This document shows positions 51,394 to 61,153 of a stretch of 64,000 nt of DNA, one piece after another. The notes beneath the pieces are model-generated. The model saw nothing but the letters and a program-made list of their open reading frames with translations, was not told where the DNA came from and did no database searches. The DNA is taken from IMG/VR virus record IMGVR_UViG_3300017975_000002. One strand, 5' to 3'. This DNA comes from a virus. The translations under genes and the position numbers were made by a program. Position 1 is the first letter of the stretch, and every line of letters begins with the position of its first letter.

Positions 51394-52414
51394 ACCGGCT
51401 CCGCAGAGCATCCTCGACGATTCTGTCAATGGTGGAGCATTCGGCGCGCCAGTCTAAGCGACTGGCCGCCAGCTCAACACCAGCAACCAGAATCGCTGGA
51501 TCGCCTTCGCGTCTTGGCCCTAAGATCTTTGGCACCTGTTGACCGGTGACGCGCTCTATAGCTGTGAGTACTTGGAGGATAGAGTAGCCATGACCGGTGC
51601 CAAGATTGACGGCGCCTACGGATTCGCCGCGTGTGAGTACGTCGATTGCGACAAAATGCGCACGCGCGAGATCCCAAACATGAACGTAGTCGCGGATGCA
51701 CGTGCCATCTGGTGTCTTGTAGTCATCACCGAACACCGTGAGTGGCGGCCGTCGACCCAGTGCCGCATCGATCGCTAGCGGTATGAGGTGCGTCTCTGGC
51801 TCGTGGTTCTCGCGAAGCCAGCCATCGGGATGCGCACCAGCTGCATTGAAGTAGCGTAGCGCGGCCCATGGTAGGCCATAGGCGCGGCCATATGCTTCAA
51901 GCGCAAACTCGAAAGCGAGCTTGGTAGCGCCGTAAGGATTGATCGGCATGCATGCTGCGCTCTCTTCAAGCGGTGCCCTCTTGTAATCCGACCAAGGCGA
52001 AATGCCGTAGACCGCGGCCGACGATGAGAACACGAAGGGAATCTTGCGATCTGCGGCCATCTTGAGCAGCGGTAAGGCGCGAGTGACGTTGACATCGAAA
52101 TAGATTTCTGGATTCGTGATCGATTCGCCAACGCAGATCTTTCCAGCGAAGTGGACGACGGCGGTGATGCGATAGTCCGTGAATATGCGCGTGAGTAAGG
52201 TGCGGTCGCCGACGTCATCACGCATAAACATATGAAGGAATCCACTTCCCGCAGAGCGTGACCATTTGCTCCATTGCGCGTGATCGTGGGTCTTGCTGCC
52301 GCTCAGGTCGTCAATCACGACTACGTTGCGTCCGATTTCTACTGCACGGCGCACGAAGTGTGAGCCAATGAAACCGGCACCGCCGGTAACTAGGATGCAA
52401 CTTTGTGCGTCCAT
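51383..52414 (-). CDS. galE: UDP-glucose 4-epimerase-like NAD-dependent epimerase
   Basis: 'ILVTGGAGFIGSH', 'YGATK' and 'RDYVHVWD' are extended-SDR/GalE motifs; start at 'MDAQSCILVTGG'. Confidence 0.8.
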   Translation of the reverse strand: MDAQSCILVTGGAGFIGSHFVRRAVEIGRNVVVIDDLSGSKTHDHAQWSKWSRSAGSGFLHMFMRDDVGDRTLLTRIFTDYRITAVVHFAGKICVGESITNPEIYFDVNVTRALPLLKMAADRKIPFVFSSSAAVYGISPWSDYKRAPLEESAACMPINPYGATKLAFEFALEAYGRAYGLPWAALRYFNAAGAHPDGWLRENHEPETHLIPLAIDAALGRRPPLTVFGDDYKTPDGTCIRDYVHVWDLARAHFVAIDVLTRGESVGAVNLGTGHGYSILQVLTAIERVTGQQVPKILGPRREGDPAILVAGVELAASRLDWRAECSTIDRIVEDALRSRFKS

Positions 52415-52704
52415 GACGATCTCCTCGCGTCTAACCATCGATCTAGATAACGCGATAGGTTCATCGTGAGACGACGAATCTCAGCGCGCTTCGCTGCTCG
52501 ACGATGTTTGATCCGGATCACCGGCGGTGTGAAATCAATCGGCCCCTGAGGTCCAGGTCGGCATTCAGGGCAATCATTGATCCAGTCATGTACGACGCCG
52601 AGCAGCTCTTTGCGACTAGCGCCGCAGCGAGGGCAAGGCGGCAACGCGTAGGCATCACAGCACTCGCAACCGTCATGATAGTTGCGATGACCGCACGCTC
52701 TCAT
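52390..52704 (-). CDS. Cys-rich hypothetical protein
   Basis: 104-aa ORF. Confidence 0.35.
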   Translation of the reverse strand: MRACGHRNYHDGCECCDAYALPPCPRCGASRKELLGVVHDWINDCPECRPGPQGPIDFTPPVIRIKHRRAAKRAEIRRLTMNLSRYLDRWLDARRSSWTHKVAS

Positions 52705-53300
52705 GGCGCTATCTCAGTATCGAACTGCGAAACGATCCGCGGCACTACGGCATAGGTTTTGACGTGCGGATAGACTTCGCGTACGAGCTGGATATCGATC
52801 GGCGCCCAACATTTTCGCAAGGTCTTTAGGCAGAACGGCGCAATGCTCCGACGCATCACGTACGCATGCGTGCACATCATGTCTTTTGCTTCGTAAACTG
52901 AGCCAGCAATGTGCGTCATCGGCCGCCCTTGCAGACAGCCGTGACCAAGGTGCAGGAAATCGTAATCAGGCGGTACGTCGCGTAGTGCTTGCGCGAAGTC
53001 GTGCATGAATCCGTCATGCAACTGTGCGTCGTCTTCGAGCACAAGGTAGGCGTCGTCGGTCATTCTGGTTATCGTGTTCCACAACATGTACTGCGAGAGC
53101 CAGTTTCCCGTAGATTTAGGGCCCATGCGGAAGCCCATGTTCGGGTGGTCGACTTCGTATGGATGCCAAGTCGCGAGGCCTGCGACCGGAGCGTTCAGAC
53201 CCCAGAAGAACTCGACGTCGAGACCGTGCGACGCGAAGTGCGCCTTGGCACGCTCCATCCTCGCGGGATGTTCAGGTAAGCAGATGCAAATCGCGCGCAC
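52701..53300 (-). CDS. glycosyltransferase family 25 (LPS/LOS-type), copy 1
   Basis: 'RAICICLPEHPARMERAKAHFASHGL...EFFWGLNA' is GT25-like; GTG start by analogy with copy 2 (ORF start 53342 also possible). Confidence 0.65.
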   Translation of the reverse strand: MRAICICLPEHPARMERAKAHFASHGLDVEFFWGLNAPVAGLATWHPYEVDHPNMGFRMGPKSTGNWLSQYMLWNTITRMTDDAYLVLEDDAQLHDGFMHDFAQALRDVPPDYDFLHLGHGCLQGRPMTHIAGSVYEAKDMMCTHAYVMRRSIAPFCLKTLRKCWAPIDIQLVREVYPHVKTYAVVPRIVSQFDTEIAP

Positions 53301-53317
53301 GCTGCCAAATGTGCGGA

Positions 53318-53671
53318 TCACTTCGGCCTCCTCTCGCGCCACTCTTTCTCGATCGCCAGGTGCGTCCTCTCCAGGCGATCTTTGAGTGACAGCCTCTCGC
53401 CTGGGCGTGGCCTGACCGTGTACACGCCACTCGGGGATCGCACGACCTGCACGAAGGTCCCCAGCGACCGGGCTGCGAGAGTGGCGTCGACGTCATTCGG
53501 CACGGCGATGCGCAGACGGCCCCTGCCGCTGACGCGGCGAATGATCCAGGTGCTGATCATCCTGCCGTCGATCTCGCACTGCGGACCTGGACCAACGAGG
53601 ACGCCCTCGGCGTAGTGGCCGGGCGGGATCTCGTAGCCGGCAAGGTCGGCGGTCACTTTTGCTCCTCGCAC
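53318..53671 (-). CDS. hypothetical protein
   Basis: 117-aa ORF between the GT25 copies. Confidence 0.3.
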   Translation of the reverse strand: MRGAKVTADLAGYEIPPGHYAEGVLVGPGPQCEIDGRMISTWIIRRVSGRGRLRIAVPNDVDATLAARSLGTFVQVVRSPSGVYTVRPRPGERLSLKDRLERTHLAIEKEWRERRPK

Positions 53672-53672
53672 C

Positions 53673-54308
53673 TCACGGCGGTATCACTGTATCGAATTGC
53701 GAGATGATCCGCGGCATGACCACGTACACTTTGACGTTGGGGAACACCTCGCGCGAGAGCTGGATATCGACCGGTGCCCAGCACTTGCGCAGGGTCCGTA
53801 GACAGTACGGTACGATGGTTCGGCGTATCACGTACGCGTGCGTGCACATTACAGACTTGATGGGTCCGTACGCGTCGTTCGTGGTGTGAACCTCGTAGAC
53901 ATCACCTTTGACGTGCGTCATCGGCACGTGTTGCATGCAGCAGTGCCCGACGTACAGGAACGCATAGTCGGACGGCACGTCGTGCAAGGCCTGTTCGAAC
54001 TTTTGTGCGAAGCCTTCGTGTAGCTCGGCATCATCTTCCAGTACGAGATAGGCGTCGTCTGGCATGCGCGTCATTGCGTTCCAGACCATGTAGTGGCCCA
54101 GCCAGCAGCCTGTTGGCTTGGCGCCCATGCGGAAGCCGCAACCAGGGTGATCGATCTCGTAGGTGTGCCACGTCGCGAGACCCGCTACCGGTGCATTGAT
54201 ACCTGTGAAAAAGTCGACGTCAGTGAGGCCATGCGATTCGAAGTGACTCTTGGCCTTCTCGATTCTCGCGGGAGCTTCTGGCAAGCAGATGCAAATCGCT
54301 TTCATTCG
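53673..54308 (-). CDS. glycosyltransferase family 25, copy 2
   Basis: 'MKAICICLPEAPARIEKAKSHFESHGL'; ~65% identical to copy 1, including the upstream leader sequence. Confidence 0.7.
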   Translation of the reverse strand, partial: RMKAICICLPEAPARIEKAKSHFESHGLTDVDFFTGINAPVAGLATWHTYEIDHPGCGFRMGAKPTGCWLGHYMVWNAMTRMPDDAYLVLEDDAELHEGFAQKFEQALHDVPSDYAFLYVGHCCMQHVPMTHVKGDVYEVHTTNDAYGPIKSVMCTHAYVIRRTIVPYCLRTLRKCWAPVDIQLSREVFPNVKVYVVMPRIISQFDTVIPP

Positions 54309-54526
54309 CGACTCTTTTTGTACATAGGATGCACTGCCAGCTTGTTGAGCCACCCTTCGAGCGTCGTATATGCACCGACGATGCGCCAATGCTCATCGTT
54401 AGAGATGATGCCGTGATCATGATGCGCTTCCCAGGTCACTTCTCTCAGTTCATTGAGAGCTGCCTGAGCGCGCGCTAGCATGTCGTAGCGGCGAGCGCGC
54501 GCCAGCTTATCGTAGTCGTCTCCCAT
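54302..54526 (-). CDS. hypothetical protein
   Basis: ORF 54302..54652 trimmed to an ATG. Confidence 0.3.
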   Translation of the reverse strand: MGDDYDKLARARRYDMLARAQAALNELREVTWEAHHDHGIISNDEHWRIVGAYTTLEGWLNKLAVHPMYKKSRE

Positions 54527-54528
54527 CG

Positions 54529-55632
54529 CTAACTCCTGATCGGGCGAAGGCTGCCAATCCAACGCATGCGATCTTCGGTCTCGACGTGGCGCGAGCGTAC
54601 CAGCGCGTACGCGTCCTCCATTGTCCGCTCGCCCGTCCACGCCAAATACCATGCGATAGCAAGCGGCGAGCGCTCGTGTGCTTGCACACAGTGCACGAGT
54701 ACTTTCTTGCCCGCGGCGAGCTGTGCATGGATGACCTTAGCCATGCGATCGAGCATGGTGTTATCCGCTGTCCCGCTCAGCATGAACGGAAACTCCATCG
54801 CACCGTTAGGTTCGTTGGGCAGTTCCTCACCGCGCCCGTACTTGGCACGGTACTCGGTGACTGAGATACAGCACCAGTCTGCAGGAACGTCAGCACCCAG
54901 TGCCGTTGCGGCTTCCCGTGTGCCGACGAAAAGGTTGGGTTGGATCTCGGTGCGATGTGTCTTGTACTCCGCAAGCGCGCGATCAGCGAGCGCCGTCGCG
55001 CCGTCGATTACGCTGCGGATGAATTCGTGATCCATGCGCGTAGTTGGTGAACCGGGTGTCGCAGCGGGCTTGCGCACCACACCGCAGTGCCCGTAGTTGC
55101 GTGGCGTCAGGTTGTAGCGCTTACAGAACCGCTCCCATGCACCGTGGATCGGGCTACCCCAGGTCGTGTCGTCGCTCATGATGAGGCCGCCACCGCGAAC
55201 AAAGTGCCAAGCAACTTCGTATTCGAACGTCTGGCACCACACCTCGTGATCGGAATCGTGGAGGAAAATGTCCCACGGGCCCGTGTGCTCGTAGATGAAG
55301 GGCAGCGCCTCAGTCGATAGCTGCTTGAGCTTGCTCCATCTAGGGTGACTGACCTCGAAGACGCCGGCTGGTGGATTCGGATCGACGGAATAGAGCAGGC
55401 CACGCTCCTGTATGCCGATTTCATCGAGGGTGGCTAGGATCCGATCACTCGATATGCCGTATGACACGCCGGTCTCGACGACGATCCTCGGCGACCCGCC
55501 GCCGTCGTTGCGCTCACCAAGCAGGATCTCCCGTAGGTAGTCCTGGTAATGGTTAGGTGCGGTGTAGTGCCTCGCGTATTGTTCAGCGAGTTCGGGATTC
55601 TGCTCGCGCATCGCAGTCAAAAGTCCGGCCAT
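54529..55632 (-). CDS. fusion of a class-I methyltransferase-like domain and a CX5R dual-specificity phosphatase
   Basis: The N-terminus 'PRIVVETGVSYGISS...WDIFLHDSDHE' is Methyltransf_24/CmcI-like. The C-terminus 'KKVLVHCVQAHERSPLAIAWYLA' is a cysteine-phosphatase P-loop. Confidence 0.6.
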   Translation of the reverse strand: MAGLLTAMREQNPELAEQYARHYTAPNHYQDYLREILLGERNDGGGSPRIVVETGVSYGISSDRILATLDEIGIQERGLLYSVDPNPPAGVFEVSHPRWSKLKQLSTEALPFIYEHTGPWDIFLHDSDHEVWCQTFEYEVAWHFVRGGGLIMSDDTTWGSPIHGAWERFCKRYNLTPRNYGHCGVVRKPAATPGSPTTRMDHEFIRSVIDGATALADRALAEYKTHRTEIQPNLFVGTREAATALGADVPADWCCISVTEYRAKYGRGEELPNEPNGAMEFPFMLSGTADNTMLDRMAKVIHAQLAAGKKVLVHCVQAHERSPLAIAWYLAWTGERTMEDAYALVRSRHVETEDRMRWIGSLRPIRS

Positions 55633-55641
55633 CGCTACCTC

Positions 55642-56373
55642 CTACTGTCCAAACGGAGTAGTAAATTTTTCTTCGCCAGGAGGCCCGCCCCACTTCGCAG
55701 TGTAGCGATCGCGGTTGGCTACCCAGCGCGATTGAAACCATGCCGCTTTCTCGCCGGTCCAGCCTTGGTACCCAGCTTCTTCTAAGCGCCAGCCATGTGT
55801 AATGCCCGTGCTGTACGTAGCGCGTCCGAAGGACGGTCGTGAAACCTCAACGACTGGCCACTCGCTGACAGGTACACTTGCGATGTTGAGTCGCCGCCGG
55901 TAATCCGTGTCCTCGAAGTAGACTGGATAGTACTCCTCGTCGAAGCGACCAACGTGCTCCCAGATCGTACGATCGAAGCGGAAGCATTCCCAACCGTGCG
56001 CCAAGACGATCTCTGAAGGCTCGGCGAGCATCTTCTCGAATGTGTCCGGCGCGACAGCGCAATCGCTATTGAGCAAGATGGCCGAAGAGTAATTCGCGTA
56101 ATCCCCTAGCGACAACGCCCGACCGCAAATCCAGTTCCATGCACCTGCACAGCCTGTATTCTTAGTGGACCGCGATAGCTCGACACGGAAGAGGTTGGAC
56201 AGCGCGACCAAGTCATCCACGGCGGACGTTCGCACGAGCGCATTGTCACCGTTGTCGACGATGATCAGATATTCCGGCTTGACGGAGCTGGCTACTATGG
56301 CAGCGAGCGTCTCACGAAAGATCCAATCCGGTTCGTTGCAGCGAGGAATGCCTAGGACGAATGGTCTAGTCAT
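55642..56373 (-). CDS. glycosyltransferase family 2-like
   Basis: 'FVLGIPRCNEPDW...EYLIIVDNGDN' and the 'YFEDTDY' DxD-like motif. Confidence 0.6.
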   Translation of the reverse strand: MTRPFVLGIPRCNEPDWIFRETLAAIVASSVKPEYLIIVDNGDNALVRTSAVDDLVALSNLFRVELSRSTKNTGCAGAWNWICGRALSLGDYANYSSAILLNSDCAVAPDTFEKMLAEPSEIVLAHGWECFRFDRTIWEHVGRFDEEYYPVYFEDTDYRRRLNIASVPVSEWPVVEVSRPSFGRATYSTGITHGWRLEEAGYQGWTGEKAAWFQSRWVANRDRYTAKWGGPPGEEKFTTPFGQ

Positions 56374-56633
56374 GGTTTGGCTTTCGAAATTACAATGAAT
56401 CCGCATTTTACTTTGTCTGTAGGTGGCGTCTGCCAATTGCGCCGATGGTAGCGCCTGACAATGCCGTTGCGTTCGCGTGCGATCGCGAGTGCTCGGCGTT
56501 TGCTCCGACAACGGAGTCCGCGTCGCTGACCATCGATTGTAGCGATCACGATCCAACGACCGCGCGAAGGCTGGCCAAAGATTCGTTCATACGTGTGCCA
56601 GATGCCCACGTCGAGATCGTCGAAGCTCTTCAT
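56370..56633 (-). CDS. hypothetical protein
   Basis: ATGA overlap; 87 aa. Confidence 0.3.
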   Translation of the reverse strand: MKSFDDLDVGIWHTYERIFGQPSRGRWIVIATIDGQRRGLRCRSKRRALAIARERNGIVRRYHRRNWQTPPTDKVKCGFIVISKAKP

Positions 56634-57088
56634 TAGCCAAGCTCCAAGTGTTTGCCAGGGGCATTCTCGAACGCCGCGAGCGCGCCCTTAAGGGCTTCTT
56701 CCTCGGATGCGCCGACTGGACTGTGCCACTGCGCGACGCGCCACAGTCCCTGCTCGAACACCGCGACGCGCCACTTTCCGAACGCTAGCTCAGTCGAGAT
56801 CCATACGGGCGGGATCGTGCCGAACATTCGCCAGAACGAGCTGTAGCAGCGCCCGTCGGCCATACGGCGCCTGACCACCTTGGCGATCGCCAGCTCCAGC
56901 TCAGTGAACGTAGTCTGGCTCGGGTGCGTGCTGTCTTTGACATCTGGCCCGAGCGGCTCGGCCTTGGCGTGCAGCCTGAACGCTTCACCCGAGTCGATCA
57001 CATTGCTCGGCGGCGTCCAACCGCAAGAGCAACTGAGCACGCGATAAGCCAAGCCATTGGGGTCGCTTTTAGGCTTGTGCTCGATCAC
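56633..57088 (-). CDS. hypothetical protein
   Basis: 151-aa ORF. Confidence 0.4.
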   Translation of the reverse strand: MIEHKPKSDPNGLAYRVLSCSCGWTPPSNVIDSGEAFRLHAKAEPLGPDVKDSTHPSQTTFTELELAIAKVVRRRMADGRCYSSFWRMFGTIPPVWISTELAFGKWRVAVFEQGLWRVAQWHSPVGASEEEALKGALAAFENAPGKHLELG

Positions 57089-58104
57089 ATGAGCCTCTCA
57101 CTCCACGCACGTGGAATTCTCTCATTCACGATTTCTAGTGGCAGGTGGTAGTCGAATCCACTGACGCCTCGCTGCCGGATCCATTCGATCGTCTCGGCGA
57201 GATTTTCGTCGAGTCCGACGCGCGATTCATAACCGAGTTGCCGACGCGCCTTCTCGGCGCTGCACAACGCCACCTTCACCTCGGCTGGCCGATCTGGCAA
57301 GTAGATCGGATCGAGGTCGAAATCCAGCAGTCCCGCGATTCGCCGCGCAAGTTCGTTGATCGTCACCTCTCCGTGGTCGGGTCCGATGTTGATGACCTGC
57401 CCACGGCAGTCGTCACGCGTACCGATCTCACAGATTGGATCCACGACGTCTCGCACCGACGAGAAACAGCGCCGCTGTTGACCATCACCGTAGATGATCG
57501 GTTGCTTGCCGAGCAGCATCCGGTGGATGAAGATCGACGCGACGTTTCTGAAAGGATCTGTGTACCGAGCGCGAGGGCCCGTGACGTTGTGGGGCACGAC
57601 GATCGCGTACTCGGTGCCGTGAATCTCGGCGAGATTCGCGAGCAGCTGCTCGGCGCACACCTTACCGATTCCGTATGGGTCCACGGGCTGCGTCGGCCGA
57701 TCTTCGGTAAATCCTCTCCACCATGGCGGCGTCGGATCGGCCTTGCCATAGCGACTCATCGACGAGCAGAAGATGATCCTCCGCGCACCGCGCGCGATCG
57801 CGGCTGAGAACACGCCGGTCGACGCCGTCACGATCCCCTGCGTCACGAGGTGCGGCGAAAACACCGACAGGCCCTCGTACGGCAGCGCCGCGCAATGGTA
57901 AACGACCTCGCAACGATCGAGCGCCGCGTACATCGCGTCGAAGTCGTTGCAATCGGCATTGAGCCAGTTGATCCCGCTTGGGATGTTGTCCTCATAGCCG
58001 CCGATTAAATTGTCGACGCCGTAGACCTCGTCGCCGCGCGCAAGAAGTGCATCGGCTAGGTGACTGCCGATAAGGCCCGCGACGCCGGTAACGCAGACCT
58101 TCAT
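57085..58104 (-). CDS. NAD-dependent sugar-nucleotide epimerase/dehydratase (extended SDR)
   Basis: 'VCVTGVAGLIGSHL', 'YGIGK', 'CSSMSRYG'. Confidence 0.75.
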   Translation of the reverse strand: MKVCVTGVAGLIGSHLADALLARGDEVYGVDNLIGGYEDNIPSGINWLNADCNDFDAMYAALDRCEVVYHCAALPYEGLSVFSPHLVTQGIVTASTGVFSAAIARGARRIIFCSSMSRYGKADPTPPWWRGFTEDRPTQPVDPYGIGKVCAEQLLANLAEIHGTEYAIVVPHNVTGPRARYTDPFRNVASIFIHRMLLGKQPIIYGDGQQRRCFSSVRDVVDPICEIGTRDDCRGQVINIGPDHGEVTINELARRIAGLLDFDLDPIYLPDRPAEVKVALCSAEKARRQLGYESRVGLDENLAETIEWIRQRGVSGFDYHLPLEIVNERIPRAWSERLM

Positions 58105-58107
58105 TGC

Positions 58108-58749
58108 TCACGTCACCCGCTGCAGCACGCATCCAGTGCCAAGTGGGTACTTCTCGACGAATCCCATCGAAACTGCAAGGTCGCGTGCTTTCACAACAGA
58201 TCCGCCAGACCAGCCAATATCGTCCATGACAAGCGTCCCGCCACGAGCGATATACGGCGCGAAACGCTCGACGTCATGTATCGCAGCATCGCCGTGGTTC
58301 CCGTCGATGTGGCAGATACCGATTTCACCGTGAGATGCAACGAGTGCCTTTACGTCGACGTCTTCTGACCGTGAGCGCATAACGCGACAGATATTAGTAA
58401 GGCCATGCCAAGCGAGCCGCGCAGTGAACTTTCCGTACGCGTGATCGTGCATAGCCTGCTTACCCCACCACTCTACGTTTGCCGGATCGACTTGCCCTTC
58501 GATCGATGCCATAGCTGACCAGGAGTCGATCGCGACTCCAATACCGGCGCCAATATGTTTCAGCGCAAAGAGCTGTGGGATAAAACTGTCTCCAGTCCAT
58601 ACACCAATCTCGACGACGAGCTGCGGTCTTTGCGCGACGATCATCGAAGCAAGCGTTTGGCACTTCTCCAGAGATGTCCATGCCTGTGCTGATCTAGTCG
58701 CAGCAATGATCGCAAAGAGACTGGTGAGATCAGTTATTTCTTTGGCCAT
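58108..58749 (-). CDS. class I SAM-dependent methyltransferase (Methyltransf_24-like)
   Basis: 'VVEIGVWTGDS' and 'HIDGNHGDAA' motifs. Confidence 0.65.
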   Translation of the reverse strand: MAKEITDLTSLFAIIAATRSAQAWTSLEKCQTLASMIVAQRPQLVVEIGVWTGDSFIPQLFALKHIGAGIGVAIDSWSAMASIEGQVDPANVEWWGKQAMHDHAYGKFTARLAWHGLTNICRVMRSRSEDVDVKALVASHGEIGICHIDGNHGDAAIHDVERFAPYIARGGTLVMDDIGWSGGSVVKARDLAVSMGFVEKYPLGTGCVLQRVT

Positions 58750-58761
58750 GGTTGTTATGCC

Positions 58762-61005
58762 TCAGACCACATAGTCATCGCGCAAGCTTCGCATCACAGC
58801 GTCCACACCGAAAATAGCTAGGTTTGCACTGGAGTCGTTGACGCTATAGCTCGCGACAAGGTAGCTACCGCTTTTGTCGACTGCGAGACCTGCAGCGTAC
58901 TCAATGCCCTTCTTTTCGAAGTAGAACAGATCGGACATCTTGCGCGTCACGAAGTTGCTGTCTAGCCATACAAAGCGGTGCAGATACGTGCGAGATGCGT
59001 TTTTTGCATGGATTACATCGTGCACGAGGCACAAGTAACCGCCGCCAACAGGAACCAGCTGGGAGCCGCCGCGCAGGTGTGAGTTAGCGATAGGTAAGTC
59101 GCTCGACGCGTCGACAGTGCGCTTGCCGATGTCGAGCGCGATCATCGCGCATCGTGGCGTCAGTGCATACGCAATATGGACTCGTTGGTCAGATGTATTA
59201 GCGACCGGCATCCAGTTCTTTTGGTCATGCTCGGACCATCGTCCGCGAAGCGGTGTGGCACGAATGATCGAGTAATCATCTGCAAGTTCGCACAGAACGA
59301 TTTCGCGGAGGCCGTAGCGCTCCATGTTGAAGTCGCAGACTGTAGCTGTACAGTAGAATTTGTCTCCCGCGCGGAACAGTCGACAGTCTTCAAAGCCGTG
59401 CACTTTGAAGTCAGTACGCGGTGTCTCGTCGCGGTCGAGCATCGGTATCACACGCGCGAGCGTAAAGCCGGCGGCCGGATCACCGGCCAATTCGGTCATC
59501 ACATTGCGCGTGAAGATCGTGTCGTCTGGCGGAGTATATGAATGCCCGTTGACAATCTGGTAGTTCAACGTCCGTACAAGGCAGCGCCATTGATCGCTGC
59601 GTGCGTCGTAGTGAACACTTGGATTGGCGGCAACGAACGGTGCTTCTGGTGCGTATGGAATACGCCACGTTTTGGCGAGATAGCGTTCGTATGCTGAACC
59701 TACGTAACAGGATCGATTCGTTCGAATAAGTCCCTCTGGACCCCTACCACTGGCAAGTGCACGATCGGCGCCTGCTTTACCGACATGCCAGGCATCACCG
59801 CCTAGGTAATAGCCAGCGATAGAAACCAGGTGTGCGGCTTTCCATTCGTAAGCTTCACGCTCTACGAACAATGTCGCATTTGGCAGTGGCAGTTCCATTG
59901 CGCGACGTGCGAATAGAAACGTAAGCGGCAGGTTGTCATGCTTGTAGTAGTAGTGCTCGGCGATGGCAACCAGCGGTTCAGCACGCTTTGGATCGAACGT
60001 ATGCGCATCTAAATACGCTTGTTGGATTTCGGGCCACGGGCGATCGATGCGCGCCAACATGAGTGCTATGCGCATCGCTGCTTCGAACGTTTCTTCAGCC
60101 CAACCGCCGACGCGAACACGCTCGCGATAGTAAGTAATCGCTTCTTCAGTGCGCCCTAAGCAATCGTAAGTCTGCGCGAGATAGAACAGTGTACGCGGGT
60201 CCGTTGGCGCTTGTGCGCGGTCTGCCTCCAACAGAACAAGATCTCGCTCCCAGCGTGCACGAGTTGCTGCGAGACTTTTTTCAGAAGCCACTTTTGTTAC
60301 TTCAACGCTTGGTACACGAAGCTGGGCTGGCGGCGCGCCCGGTCGTCCGCAATATTCATGTACTCGGCCTCGGTAGCGCCAGCGACACTTCGCGCGCAGC
60401 AGGATTGGCAGGTAATACGTGCTGCTGCCGCGATGAATGCAGACGTCGTATGCCTCATGCACGATGCCTTCGCTTTTGGCATTGTCGATAACGTACGTGC
60501 GTAACGTTTCGCCGTGAACTAGACGATCATCACTATCTGGCATGATGGTGAACGTCGTGCGCAGTCCGTGAAGGTCGAGTGCGCGATTGCGGCTCGTTGA
60601 GAAGTCTACAAACGGTTCCTCGATGAGCTGACCTGGAATATTAGCGAGCACGCGCTTCACTACGTCCTGTGTACCATCCGTCGATCCTGTATCGAGGATC
60701 GTCCAGTAGTCGATGTAGGGACGAAATGATTCGAGCGTATCGGCAATGCCGTGCGCTTCGTTCTTGATGATCATCACGAGCCCGAGTAGTAACTCGGTCG
60801 CAGGCTCTGTCGGTGTTGACAGTTCTGATGAAGATGGCTTCTCCGGTACAGAAGACGCGCGCGTAACGATCTTTTCAGCCGGCTTGGTTAATTGGACACG
60901 TCCGGCTTGCTTCGTCTGCCGACGTGGTTTGGCTTGCTTGGCGCGTGCAGCTTTCATCACCATACTCTTCGGCATGCGATCGACTTCGCAGGAAGTCGCC
61001 ACCAC
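58762..61005 (-). CDS. GT2 glycosyltransferase–TPR–C-terminal domain protein
   Basis: 'LLGLVMIIKNEAHGIADTLESFRPYIDYWTILDTGSTDGT' (GT2, SunS-like) and TPR-like 'LFYLAQTYDCLGRTEEAITYY'; the start may be at an internal ATG (60966). Confidence 0.7.
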   Translation of the reverse strand: MVATSCEVDRMPKSMVMKAARAKQAKPRRQTKQAGRVQLTKPAEKIVTRASSVPEKPSSSELSTPTEPATELLLGLVMIIKNEAHGIADTLESFRPYIDYWTILDTGSTDGTQDVVKRVLANIPGQLIEEPFVDFSTSRNRALDLHGLRTTFTIMPDSDDRLVHGETLRTYVIDNAKSEGIVHEAYDVCIHRGSSTYYLPILLRAKCRWRYRGRVHEYCGRPGAPPAQLRVPSVEVTKVASEKSLAATRARWERDLVLLEADRAQAPTDPRTLFYLAQTYDCLGRTEEAITYYRERVRVGGWAEETFEAAMRIALMLARIDRPWPEIQQAYLDAHTFDPKRAEPLVAIAEHYYYKHDNLPLTFLFARRAMELPLPNATLFVEREAYEWKAAHLVSIAGYYLGGDAWHVGKAGADRALASGRGPEGLIRTNRSCYVGSAYERYLAKTWRIPYAPEAPFVAANPSVHYDARSDQWRCLVRTLNYQIVNGHSYTPPDDTIFTRNVMTELAGDPAAGFTLARVIPMLDRDETPRTDFKVHGFEDCRLFRAGDKFYCTATVCDFNMERYGLREIVLCELADDYSIIRATPLRGRWSEHDQKNWMPVANTSDQRVHIAYALTPRCAMIALDIGKRTVDASSDLPIANSHLRGGSQLVPVGGGYLCLVHDVIHAKNASRTYLHRFVWLDSNFVTRKMSDLFYFEKKGIEYAAGLAVDKSGSYLVASYSVNDSSANLAIFGVDAVMRSLRDDYVV

Positions 61006-61153
61006 AAGTCAACTGCACGCTATCAAGTCACGATCGACTTGGCAACAGTCCCAGGCGCGATCGCGCGCGCGTGGTTAGTCGAACTTGTCCAAAACGATCG
61101 CGCGAGCGATCACACGCACGTACGCGCGCCGCTCACAAAGACGCGCTGAAAAC
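61006..61153 (-). promoter_or_regulatory. intergenic region with hairpin and GATCGC..GCGATC palindromes
   Basis: cgacttc-gcag-gaagtcg hairpin, plus cgcgatcgcgcgcgcg and cgatcgcgcgagcgatc palindromes, between the tail-fibre-like gene and the glycosylation operon. Confidence 0.35.
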
